Shown here one piece after another: positions 12,401 to 24,092 of a DNA stretch of 64,000 nucleotides. The position numbers were made by a program, and so were the translations under genes. Positions within the stretch are counted from its first letter, which is position 1, and every line of letters begins with the position of its first letter. The stretch lies in the NCBI GenBank assembly GCA_048772705.1, contig JBLWGC010000104.1:1205394-1269393 (forward strand). The letters are read 5' to 3'. Under the pieces are notes generated by a model. The model worked only from the letters and a program-made list of their open reading frames with translations. It made no database searches and was not told the DNA's origin. This DNA is from Leidyana gryllorum EB-2025a (lineage: Eukaryota > Protista > Apicomplexa).

Positions 12401-13811
12401 GATGAAGAGTGGCAAATCAACCTTGTTGACCAACCTGACGCATTGGAAGCGTACTGTGGGTCGACTCTACAAACACAACTTCGAGGACAAGACGCGCCAA
12501 GAAAGTATTGATCTCATACTGGGCCTCCACAGATGGTCAGCCTTGAGCTTGGAGGGCGGAATGCACAGTTCCGAGAGTCATCCGAGCGGTGGGGTACCCA
12601 CTACTGGTACCTCATTCCCTCATTCCCTGGACGCCGCAGAATTCCGTGCCCCTCCCTCGAACTTCAACTTGAATGTGTGGGTTGGAACCTGGAACGTTGC
12701 CGGAGGGAGCGCCTTGGTGTCCGAGGACCTTTCACTGTGGCTGAAACCTCCAGAGTATCCGCGGGGAGCTGGAAATCAACCCCCTCCCTCTGACATTTAC
12801 GCTGTCTGTTTCCAGGAACTGGTGAGAAACTTCCCACCCTCTTTACATAGCCTCCATCACGCCATCAATCTCTCTCTATGCACTCACCACTCTGCTCATA
12901 GGTTGAATTGACGTCGAGTTGGACACTGCTGAATCAGAATAATAAGGGGCGAGAACAAGAAGCCATAACTGCGGTGCGGAGGGTGTTGGGCGACGCTTAT
13001 TCAATGTTGAGCTTTAAGACGATGGTTGGAGTGCATATTTCAGTGTGGATCCGCACGGAGCTGATGGAACATGTGTGGGATTGGGAAGTGTTGGATGCCA
13101 AGATGGGTTTGATGGGAGGTCAAATAGGGAACAAAGGTGCGGTGGCGTTGCGGTTCCGAATGTTCAATCGGCATTGGTGTTTCGTGACGGCTCATCTGGC
13201 CCCAGACAAGGGGAATGATAAGTCGTTGGAACGCTTACAGCAATTGGAGAAAATCATGAATTTGGTGTTTCCGGAACAGCAACTGGCCGTCGAAGATCAC
13301 GATTACGTCTTTATTGGTGGCGACTTTAATTTCCCCGCCATGGCACAAGTATCTGAAATAGAGAAATGGTTACAAGACAGGAACTTCGAGGAATTCCTTA
13401 AACATGATCAACTCAATTGGCTGCGAGAAAAGGAAACGGCAATCTTCAGGAGGCTGACTGAGGCTCCGGTGGCATTCTGGCCCTCTTACAAGTATAAAAA
13501 GGGAACTTCACAATATGACCGCCGACGGTCACCCAGGTGAGCACTTAAAGTTGAGAAGCGAGGGAATGATTTACGTGATCTTCAGTTGGTGCGACCGAGT
13601 GCTTTACGGAGGGAAGGCTCTGATACGGTGTCCCGAGGCATTCCGCATCAACAAGTACGACCGAACACGCTTATATTTCACCAGTGACCATAAACCTGTT
13701 TATCTCTCCATGTCGGTGAGCGAGTCTGGATCTGCGGATGACGACGAAGGCGAGGGTTTCGAACCGGCCAGTGCACCGCCGCCGGCTCGCACCACCTTAC
13801 TCGATTGGTGA
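9402..13811 (+). CDS. Synaptojanin-like phosphoinositide phosphatase (SAC1 domain + inositol 5-phosphatase)
   Basis: SAC1: GGTRYFARGVN, QIRGSVPLFWEQ, RTNCLDCLDRTN (CX5R). 5-phosphatase: WNVAG, GNKGAV, GGDFNF, PSYKY, SWCDRVL, SDHKPV. Multi-exon. Confidence 0.93.
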
Positions 13812-13880
13812 TCAGTCGCTCACTAGCTGCAAGGCACTAGGAAGACGCCGACTTCCACCAAGGCATCTCGCAAGCCTCAT

Positions 13881-14481
13881 TCATGCTGCGAAGAACCACT
13901 TGATTGACTGCCAAAGACAACAATGATGAGAGAGGGGATGATAAAGAGGAAGGGAGAGCACACGTGGGAGAGAGCGAGAAAGGAAAACGAACAAGAGCGC
14001 ATGGAGAAAGCTATCTTGGCACAAGGCTCGCTCTGTACTCGGCAAGATTGCTCTCATGCATCGCTCTGTGTTCCACATCGGGGCAAAAGTGTCTACTTAC
14101 TGGGGTCCAAGTATCGATGTAGAGCAGTACGTAGTGCCATCTCCAGTTCGTCCATAGAGTTGACCTCCATATAAGCATTTGCATATTGATCAGCTATGTT
14201 CTCTACTGTCGTTTCTGCTTCTTCGAGGAAGGAAGGCACTTTGTTGACTCTTCCCACTTCGATGTGGGAGACCGCAGGCCAATCAGGAGATTGAGCCGTG
14301 AATCCAAACGCATTGAGTACTAGTTATCGCGAATTGACCAATTTGTCACCAAAATAAACGTCTCACAGGGTGTCAGAGTCTCGTGTATGACAGTGTCAAT
14401 CAGAGACTGATATTGCCGATAAGATACCTTTTCATAGGCTCTAGCGCCCGGCACGAGCAGCAACGCGTACCACCACAGCAT
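13881..14481 (-). CDS. Small hypothetical protein with signal peptide, 3 exons (3' end uncertain)
   Basis: MLWWYALLLVPGARA signal; introns GTGAGA..TAG (~14366-14320) and GTAAGT..CAG (~14100-14066) give a continuous frame. Confidence 0.45.
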
Positions 14482-14553
14482 CCCTTTGTCTGTGCCCTGT
14501 GAGGCTACAGACTTGGGGAAAAATTTCTTCTTCTTCTTCCGTCGCGCCGCACC

Positions 14554-16106
14554 ATGGAGGAGATGCGAGGTGAGTGCGAACTTGATCCAACCTGAAGTAT
14601 ATGTGCTATTCGCAGCGATGCTGGACTCTTTAATGGGAGCCGACCGCAATGCGTTGCCGGAAAGAAGGCAAAACCGCCAGCAACGGTTCAACGACCCAGA
14701 TGTAAGTTGAGTGTCGGAGATATCGAATCATACCCTATCAGGTATGCAAATATTTCCTGGTGGACTTCTGTCCCCACGACTTGTTTCCCAATACAAGGAG
14801 CGATCTCGGCCCTTGTTCCAAGATACACAGTGAGGCACTCCGTGACCAGTATCAGAATTCCGAGGAAAAGGAAAGATTCGCTCCAACGTATGAAGCTGAT
14901 TTCATAAGTGAGTATTGACCCACGGGATGCAGGATCAGAGGAAGGCCCTACCAAAGCGCTGGTCGGCAACTCACCACCCGGTCTCGGAGTCTGCCTGCTG
15001 CTAGCCGCTCGCTCATCTCGCCTCTTCTGACCTTCATTCCCACCCCAAAAACTACCTCTCACATCTTCTTCGTGCAGAGTTCTTGGAAGAATTGATCACT
15101 AATGCTGAAACTAAGATCGAACGAGCGAATCGCAGAATTGACGCTCCACTGCCGGATTCAGCCCTGCTCTCGGATGAGCAACAGAAACAAGTGGACCGCC
15201 TCAATGAGGAGATCTCTCGGTTACTGGCCGAGGCGGAGAAAGCCGGAGAGAGGGTGAGCATTGGAAACGAGGAAGCTTCACACCATCTCATCTTTGTCCT
15301 TGCAGGGCGACGTCGAAGAGGCTGCGGTGCTGACACGTCAGGTGAATCAATTGCGTAGGGAGGCTGATCGGGCAAGTTCATCTCTTTACGGCTCGTATAT
15401 CCAACGCGAACGGTCCTTGCGAGTGTGTCCCATCTGCGGGGCAATGCAGTCTGTGGGGGATTCCATGTCGCGATTCGAATCGCACGTGACGGGAAAGCAG
15501 CACCAAGGGTACGAAAAGATCCGTAGCTGTCTGGAAGAACTAAAGAGGCGCAAAGCAGAACGTGAAAAGAACAATCAGCCGTCATCGTCGAGCACTACCG
15601 AACAAGCTCCACTTTCATCGTCACAGCACTCTGGTGGCGGCAATTCTCATCATAACAATACTCGTACTCGGCCGTCGGACAGTAGGTCGTCCCAGGAACG
15701 GCGCCCTGTCAAAAGGTATCGTGATGACCGAAGACACCATGATCGACGTGGTTGGCAACAAAGCCCCGGCCGCGGATCACGGTCCCCTTCACCGAGGCGG
15801 TACCGAGGCGCCGATGACGGCAGGTGGGGCGCCGGCAGTGATGAAGGCGGCGCCCGACGCGGTGGGCCACCCTCGCGGCGCCGGTACCATCCTGACGACG
15901 AGTCATCATACCATTCTTCTTCTCGGGGAAGCAATAATCGTCGGTGGCGGGAAGACCGCCGCCGTGGTGAGCGCGTGAGCAGTCCAGGCGGCGGCCATCA
16001 CAGGCACCATCATCACGAGGACGATGGGGAGCCCGAAGAGGGTGAGTATACAACTGAGGAACAACAGCAGCAGGCGACCACAAAAGAGTGTCAAAACTCC
16101 AAGTAG
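14554..16106 (+). CDS. LUC7: LUC7 U1 snRNP-associated splicing factor
   Basis: Spliced MEEMRAMLDSLMGADRN..VCKYFLVDFCPHDLFPNTRSDLGPCSKIH (ZnF1) and LRVCPICGA..HVTGKQHQGY (ZnF2); RS/RD-rich tail. Confidence 0.93.
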
Positions 16107-16193
16107 AAGCGCTCAACAGAGATTATATTGGTATCCGAACGAATACACACGTGTGTATAGACACACGCGTGTCTCACGCACTTCGTTCGATCG

Positions 16194-16919
16194 ATGGTAC
16201 GGCTGCTTGGTTTCATTATGCTGTGTTGGTGCGTTTCTTCGGTAACTGCACAGGAGTCTACGAGTACGTCTACGACAACCGGAAGGCCGGAGGCCCAACT
16301 TGACGCCCGGAGCATGATGGACGTGCTGAAGATCTCGAACTCCGTGGCAGATCGCGAAGGGCAGTTGGTGAGACCGAGTTACATGTGAATGCCTTTTGTA
16401 CGCATCAATCCATTCCGTTTCGAACAGAACCAACTACTTCCTTATCTACAAGGCATGTTTGATGACATCAAAAAGTATCGCGATCCGTCCGTCCAACCGA
16501 GTGTTCTCGTGAGTTCATCCAATTATTTGTCGTGTTCCCCCATACCTCCCACACCCATTCTCATGAGATAGAACTCTGATATCACTGCGCATATTGTTGA
16601 CCCCGTCGCCATTGCGCAGAAGCGCAAACGCCTCGAGATCATGCTCAAAGAATCCGCCGCCGATCAAGGTTGGTTGACTGATAGCTCGATCCCGTGCGTA
16701 CTTCGGTACGCACTCCCGTTACCATCTTTTTGCAGCCGCTATAGCCCCAGACCACTCAGCGCTGCCTGGGATCAGCTCCAAGCCCATCATCATTCTTGAG
16801 CCGAGAAAGCTCTCCGGATTCGAGTGGATGGCTTACGTACGTCGTCCTCCTGTTTCGTCTTTGACATGGTCACTGTTGCGCAGAAAGAAATCTTGTCGTG
16901 TACCCGAGACCACGTCTAA
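16194..16919 (+). CDS. Small secreted hypothetical protein, multi-exon
   Basis: Signal peptide MVRLLGFIMLCWCVSSVTA; four short GT-AG introns give a continuous frame ending KEILSCTRDHV TAA. Confidence 0.5.
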
Positions 16920-18412
16920 ATGCCTCGAGGCCGAACGTCGTCCTCGGACACGTCCCGCACTACCACTTGAGCATAATTTGATATTCTACAGGAAGAACAT
17001 ATAGGCATCGGTTCCGAACGGATCTGCACCCACCTGGGATCCGCGTTCAATCCCTGCGCAAAGTCGTAGGAGATGGCCACTGCCATTCTAGTGCCATCAT
17101 GAGAGAACGCCAAAGAGGTGATCGATGTTGGAAACGGCCGATTGAGCCTCCAGAGACGCTTTTTGCGGAGACCGTCCCATACAGACACGGACCCGTCCCC
17201 ACCTCCAGTCGCGAATGTATTGAACCTATGTCGAAATTGTTGGAACAGAATAATGCAAACAACGCACAGTCGAGTCTCAATCAGGAGACTCGTCAGTATA
17301 TCTTAATTGCACGAATTCACTCACCGATTGTGGAACGCAATGGCATTGACCGGGAAAATCCTATCCGTTTGACCTCTACGGAGCATGGGATCTTCCTGGA
17401 ACACGGGATCATCATCGGGTATTTTCTCTCGATGACACTTGAAGGCGTAACATTTGCGGTTTGCGAGCTCGGGAGGATGATCAATCTGCGACAGAAGCAT
17501 TCGAATCTGCAAGTGGGAGCGGACGACTCACATGAGTTGCTCTGGTGGCATTTGTCTTCGGTTTGAAGAATTCATAATGGACTTTCCCCTCAACGGAGCC
17601 GACAGCGAAGCCTGTGCCATCTGCGAAGGCCTCTATACAACGGATTTGGTACTTGACCACATTGCTGAGCGAGCGAAGGGAGGGTAGGTTGTGATCTGGG
17701 ATAGACTTACTCTCGAATTTCTTCCGCTTTTTCAAGTCGCCTATAGTCATAAATGTGTATTCGCTTTTCGCTATCGCCGACAATGATCTTCCCATAGGCT
17801 GCTTCAGTATGTGTGCAAGCCATCGAGAACACTTTGGCTTCAATATTGAGTCTATGGCATATATTCTTGGTTCTGGCATCCCACGCTCCAACAGTTTTAT
17901 CCCAACTGCCCGAAAAGACAAGTCCTGCGAAGGTGTCATCATTATTTGCATCCAGTGAAGCAGAATAGAGGGTTCGGGTATCGGAGGAGTAAGGTTACTC
18001 ACCTGTTTCGGGAGCGAAGCGCACACATTTGACGGCTTCGCTGTGTTTTCCAATGAGATAGTCCTTCTCTGCCTCGAAATTGTACTGCCGAAGATCTCTG
18101 TATAAGCAGGTTTATCAGCATAGCGGTATAAATTGAAGTGCTCACCTAGCTAGGCCTCCAGAGGCGGCGACTGTAGCGTCTCTGAGGAAGCAGCAATCGA
18201 GGACGGCGTGGTCGTGTGGATGAACGCCCCTGACCGTGTTGAGGTCCACATCATAGAGTCTGACAGCCTGAAGTTCGTAATTGTGATATTTGTCCCGAGT
18301 TGGTACTTACGTTGTCCCAGCTCGAGACCAAAAGTAGGTTGGAGGTATCTGTGGGCGCAAAGACGACGCGGCTAATGGCATCGGAAGGACTCTGCTGCAA
18401 CTCGGTGGTCAT
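16916..18412 (-). CDS. BUB3: BUB3 (Bub3/Rae1 family) WD40 protein
   Basis: MTTELQQSPSDAISRVVF..LLVSSWD, KYQIRCI..GFAVGSVEGKV, YAFKCHR, IFPVNAIAFH, WDGLRKKRL..TSITSLAFSHDG; multi-exon. Confidence 0.85.
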
Positions 18413-18579
18413 CCGGGGCGAAAATTAATGGGGCTGAGTTGATTTTGGCGAGGGTAGAGATGTACTGTTGGGTGGTGATGTGACTGAGTAGGCGTTGATT
18501 GTCTCATATGTGGGGTTGGGGGTTTGGTTTGGCACAGATTTGATGGCCTAGAAGTTTTGTTGGTTGGGCGCTTAGCAGG

Positions 18580-20203
18580 ATGCATTACTACACTGGACAG
18601 CAGGGACGGAACGGTTATCACCACCACTATAGAGCGCCATCGTCGAGCGTTCCGTACGTCTCATTCGCAGATCGGCGACGGTTGCATGAGCTGCAATTGC
18701 AGCAGCAATGCGTGGTAGCAGCCCCGATGCCTTTCCACCAGCCTATGGCAGTGGAGGTGGCGCCGGTGGCGCCAATGGCGCTGGCCGCACCAGTGTCAAT
18801 GCCAACGTCAGCAGCGCCTGTGTACCAACCAGTTGCAGAGCGGCCGTCGCGGGCGGCTCTGACCTACAGTCAGTGCGAGATTCTGGGTGTGGAAGCACCT
18901 GAGGCTCCGAAATCGTCCGAAATAAGAAGAAATCTTCCGATGACGCTCGAGGAGATGAAGGCCCAGAATGATGCCAATCTTAAGCTGACGGCGAACTCGC
19001 ACGTTCAGGGCATCTACAAACAGCTCGAGACGTCTCCTATGCCGAACGCGGGCGCTGCTGCAGCCCAAGAACGGGTGCGAATCACCGACATTGAAAAGGC
19101 AAAGGCCATACTCGCACAACTGAATCCCGATGTCAAAGACCCGGAGGCTCTTCTAAAAGTCTTGATCGACCACGTCTCCGGCAAGCCGGTCGATATAAAA
19201 CCCGAGATGTTCGACCTCCAGAACGCCCAACAGTTGCTTCTACCCACGAGTGCCCCCCCGGGTACAGACCCAAGCACTCTCGCCCCTTCCAGTGAGTTTG
19301 CTGAAGTTTTTGCTCAGCACACGAATACATCATTGCCGTACAGATGAGGGTGGCTTCAAAGCCAGTCATTCTTTCGTGATGCGACAGAGCAGTGGCGAAG
19401 AACAAGAGTTTGTGGTCGCGAAGGTCATCGAAAGTCCGGAAGTGCTCGCTGTCAGCGATTTACTCGGCCCGTTGGAATGTCAAGATCTCGTTACACTCGC
19501 GGGTTCTGTCTACGTTCCCGCTCGCATTTCTGTGATGCGGTTGCGATGCGATGATGACACTCTGACTTTTGCCATTCCTGATGTAAGTGGCTGAGACGGA
19601 CGTTTCTCTCACATTCCGCACGTCGGCTTTGACTTGTCTCTTTTCTGCAGGATCTGTCTGACATGGAGTTTCCAGTGCCCTCGGTGGTATCAACCGCCAA
19701 GACGAACACTGTGGCTTGTCTGCATCTAGACTCCTACCGCGAGACCAACATTTGGCCTTTCTTGCGATCAGTGACGGCTCGGGCGGCGGCTGTGTGTCGT
19801 TGCTCGCCAGACAAGATTCCCAACATCCTAATTGAGAAGTATGAGCCCGGCCAATTCGCCAAGCAGTTACATAATTCAAACAAGCGAATGGGAACGGTTA
19901 TCATTGGACTGAGTCCGAAAGGTATGTGAGATTCAGATACTGTGTGCTCTTTCACTGTACCGCACAGCCAATGCGGGGAGTGGCGGCGCGTTGGCCTTCC
20001 CGGCAGCTCAGCTGGAAATAACTGCCAAACAAGGAATGGCCATCTGGATCCCAGCATGCTATCCAGACACCATTCCACAGTCGCCTACTGATGCAGGGGA
20101 AATGTCCCACTTGATGGTGCCAGACATTCGCACCGAGTATGGCGTGACGGAGATCAAGGAGAACGAGCCATTGTACTACGCCGTGATGCACGTCCTTCTT
20201 TGA
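18580..20203 (+). CDS. Prolyl-4-hydroxylase-like 2OG-Fe(II) fold protein, probably catalytically degenerate
   Basis: Spliced C-half: SPEVLAVSDLLGPLECQDL, IEKYEPGQFAKQLHNS, GTVIIGL, GGALAFP..AKQGMAIW, EMSHLMVP follow P4H motif order. Confidence 0.65.
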
Positions 20204-20387
20204 TGAGCTCCTCACCTCAATAGCCACCCAACGAACTAGACATAGTGCACACTAGACCCTATCACACCATTGCAAATCTGTCCCCGGAACTACTGTGGAG
20301 AGGGCAAGAGGCCAATGAAGAATAGTTCTGCTGAGTGATGACGAACGGGTGGGCGCGTTCCTTCCGAGTAGAAAAAGACTATTGCAC

Positions 20388-22374
20388 TCAATAGGGCTGG
20401 AGCTCAGTGTGTTTCTGAACATAGTTCCACAATTCTCGCCTCAATATTTTGCCCGTGTTGCCCTTGGGGAGTTCTGGGCAGGCGTAGATTTTGATGGGTA
20501 TCTTGAATCTCGCCAGCGATTGTTGCGCTTTTGTTCTGAGATTGGCAAATAGTTCAGCAGATGGGGCGACGTTATCTTTGAGAACGACGGCCAAATATAC
20601 CACCTCCCCCAGCATTGGATCTGGAACTCCAAAGGCACCCGCCTCATTGACTTCTTCGAATTTCAAAAAGGCCGCATCGATCTCAAGAGGACTTATTTTC
20701 TCGCCACCTCTGTTGATCAATTCTTTACTCCGGCCAACAAGGCTGACGAAACCGGTTTCGGTATCCATAACACCAACATCCCCAGTACGAAGGAAAGGGC
20801 GGTCATTGATAGGCGATTCGGCCAATTTGAAGCGATACGGCAATGGCACCTCGATGTTTCTGTATTGCGCCATTATCGCTTTGAATTCGTTACTGTCGGT
20901 ATTGAGCTGCGGAGTATTACTAATGAACGAGTACTCCTCCTCCTCTTTAACTGCTCCTTCCGCGTCCAGACTGGGCGAATTCCAAAAGTGTTTCTGCTGA
21001 TCTTCCCCAGTGAGTCCCAGATAGCCAGTGATAACGTTGTAACCGCGGACGCAAATCTCTCCAGATTGGCCTCGTTTGACGATTTTCCCAGACTCGGGAT
21101 CGATTATGGCAATATCAATCCCTTGCGGCAAACCGACACTTCCAAATTGGCGCGTCTGTTTCCCATCAGCGCCACGAAGTGGGTTGGAACACATTTGATG
21201 AGTAGCCTCTGACATGGCATAGGCCTCGAGCACCTCCGTCTCCAATATCTGCTCCAGCTGCTGAGCGACGGGAGCCGGCAAAGCGCTCGAGCATCCACGA
21301 ATGAAACGAAGCTTAACGGGGAGCGAGTTGTCCTCGGGCTTCCGGAAAGGCTTCAATGTCTCGTCCGCAGTATTCAGCAGAATCTGCCACATGGTCGGAA
21401 CAGCCGTGACCCAAGTGCATTGCGCCTTCGCAGCGTCTGCCCAGAAGGTGGTCTTGTGGAACCCACCACCCCGAGCGAGCACGATTCTGCATCCTCGACT
21501 CAGGGGACTCAAACAACCAGCAAACAATCCGTGTACGTGGAATAACGGCATTATCAACAAACCACAATCCTTGCTCTCGGGACTCCACTTGTAGGTCTGA
21601 CCAATATTGTGCAGAGTCGCCACATTGTTCGTGTGGGTAATCGGGACTGTCTTGGGTGCCGCTGTCGTACCACTGGTATGCAGCAGGAGGGCCAAGTCCG
21701 AACCCTTCACTCCCTTGGCCGCCTCAACTACCTCACCTGAATTCGCAGGGGAGACGGCGTCTCCGTCTCCGAGGCGTTGACGACTGAGGCGGGGCTTTGG
21801 ACGACCATCGGACTCGAATGTCCAATGCACATAGTAGACGGGGAGTGCGAGTTCCTTCGCTGCCTTCTCTGCCTCTGTCAGCTGGGCAGATTTCTCACCG
21901 CCCTGCAGCAGCACCATCTCACATCCCATATCCTTCATTGCAAACTTGAACTCTTCCTCTTTGAACTTGGGGTTCAATAAGCAATTAACAGCCGAGACTG
22001 AGGCGACTCCCAGATACACTGTGACATACTCGACACAATTCGGTAAGACGACGCATACTCGCATGCCGGCAGCATTGGGACGTCCTATGTCTCGCGCGGC
22101 TCCCAAGATGCATCCCTGAGTGACGTTAGATATGACTCATTCAACACGTTCAGAAACTCTATCTGAGTCGAATGCAGATTAAACTCACCGCTGTGAGATG
22201 AACGGCTTCGGCCAACTGACGAGACGTGAAGCTCAAACGCTCATCGTCCAAGTCCAGGAGTAATTCTTCATCACCCGACCCTGGAATGCAGCGGTCTGCA
22301 TCCGAGAGGCCGTGGTGCAAATCAAACGCACTGACCAAAGTTAACAGCTCCAAAGCGGGCGACGATGAGGACAT
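20388..22374 (-). CDS. AMP-binding acyl-CoA synthetase, oxalate-CoA ligase (Pcs60/AAE3)-like
   Basis: LHTSGTTAAPKTVP, MPLFHVHGL, EAYAMSEATHQMCSNPL, LRTGD, KELINRGGEKISPLEID, LPKGNTGKILR; one intron near the 5' end (~22188-22116). Confidence 0.85.
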
Positions 22375-22576
22375 CTCGGGGGCGACCAAAAAGTGCACGA
22401 AGGTTTGGTGACGAATCGAGTTGGGGTGGTCAATTCTGGGTAACTATGTTGTCCCAAATATGTCAGGTTTGTCTGCTGGAGTTTAAGGGACGTTGAAAAC
22501 TAGAGATGTACATCAGTGTGGGGGAGGGCGGCGGTCTGGCTCTCTACACTATGTAGCTCGGCCTGAGTCGCTGAGC

Positions 22577-23101
22577 TCAGATTTGTGATTGCTGCAACGC
22601 ACAACGCTGTAACTCAGCATCAAGCTTCTGACAGAAGAGGTCATCTTTGTCCTCGTCATCCCAAGCTGCAGTTTTCGAATCAAAAAAGGCAATGATCAGG
22701 GATGAACTTACTCGTATGCGCGACCCGCACCTCCCACTTGGCCTTATTTATTTCCTCTGGCAGCGCCTTTGATCCCGGTCCTGAATTAGACCGATGACAC
22801 AAAATTGATTGACAATTGCACAACAACACATAAGTGTCAAATTCATAGATGGGTACGATCACCACGGAACGGTGATCTTATGGAGTTATTACATATTGGA
22901 ATGTGCTCATTGTTGACGAGTGCTGCTCTGGACACACTCTGGACACACTTGTAAATATTGAGATGGGGAGTGTTAAAATGTGTCAGGGGAGGCATAACAC
23001 ATTTCAAGCCGAACTCTGAGCGTAGATAGAGGCTTACCAACCGGTTCAAACTCTTCAAGATCGTCTTCATCGACGAGTTGCTCTCTACGATCAGCTGCCA
23101 T
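22577..23101 (-). CDS. SEM1: SEM1/DSS1 proteasome lid subunit (3 exons, absent from ORF track)
   Basis: Exons 23101-23038, 22780-22712 and 22665-22577 give MAADRREQLVDEDDLEEFEPVG..KWEVRVAHTTWDDEDKDDLFCQKLDAELQ.., matching the DSS1 motifs EDDEFEEF and WDDD..DDF..QL.AEL. Confidence 0.85.
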
Positions 23102-23195
23102 GGATGTAAATTTTTTCTGTTCAGCAACTCTTCGGAAAGCTGACTAAATACTTTGGCATGCGGGTTTTGGCAGTCACTTATTACACACCCTCAGG

Positions 23196-23960
23196 ATGAA
23201 CTACTTGTGCGGCTTAATTTGCTTATTGTTATCAGTCGTGGCGGGCAAGCAGTGTGTGGGGACACCTGCTCAGATTCTTGGTACTATTTTTCAAGAGGGA
23301 GATGGGTCTGCAGTCGTATTACACAGTGGGAATTCGATCAAGCTGATCAATGCAATGATCACAGATGATTTTATAAAGAGTCGGATTCCAAGCGATCCGT
23401 GCAACTACAACGCTGAGAGCGACACGGGATCGAACCCACCAGCGTCTAGATTGCGAGCATTGAAGCAGCGACGCAAGCTTGTACTAAACCTCCCATGTGA
23501 TTATCCGGATCCGCCCCCCGACCTTCTTGCCAATTTTCACTTGACGCATGTTGGAATTCATCGTGCGCGATATTGTGCGTTACAGAGTGCGAACTTTGAT
23601 CAGCAGGCAGTTTCATCAGCTGAGTCACAGTCGCGTGCTACGCAGCGCCGGCTGTTGGATGCAGCTGGCAATGAGGTAGTGGCAGCTGCAGCAGGATGCG
23701 CGCTCCTCCTTGCTGGTGGAGGTCTAGCTGCTTGGCAGGTCAAACACCTGTCGAACCTGGATCTTAAACAAGGCGAGTTGCCTGATGATGCAGCCACCCG
23801 TGCCGAGTCTCACGCGGTTAGTGAAGATCTCCGCACAGTCGACCTCTACCATTTTGACTCACGGGCCTCTAGAGCGGACGACGAAGATGACACTCGAGAC
23901 ACGGAGCCACAGCAGGCTACCACTCCGCACAAGAAGGCGACGACTCGGCACATTGTCTGA
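23196..23960 (+). CDS. Hypothetical type I membrane/secreted protein
   Basis: 254-aa intronless ORF with signal peptide, Cys-containing ectodomain, hydrophobic segment VVAAAAGCALLLAGGGLAAW and acidic tail. Confidence 0.7.
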   Translation: MNYLCGLICLLLSVVAGKQCVGTPAQILGTIFQEGDGSAVVLHSGNSIKLINAMITDDFIKSRIPSDPCNYNAESDTGSNPPASRLRALKQRRKLVLNLPCDYPDPPPDLLANFHLTHVGIHRARYCALQSANFDQQAVSSAESQSRATQRRLLDAAGNEVVAAAAGCALLLAGGGLAAWQVKHLSNLDLKQGELPDDAATRAESHAVSEDLRTVDLYHFDSRASRADDEDDTRDTEPQQATTPHKKATTRHIV

Positions 23961-24092
23961 GAATATGGGCTTGACCGAGGAACTAACTAACTGACTAACT
24001 AACTGATGTCTTCTAGGGAGCCCAAGCGAATTGAACCCCAATTACAGCTAGCAATATATGTATACATCTGTGTGCAGATTTGTGAATGATTT

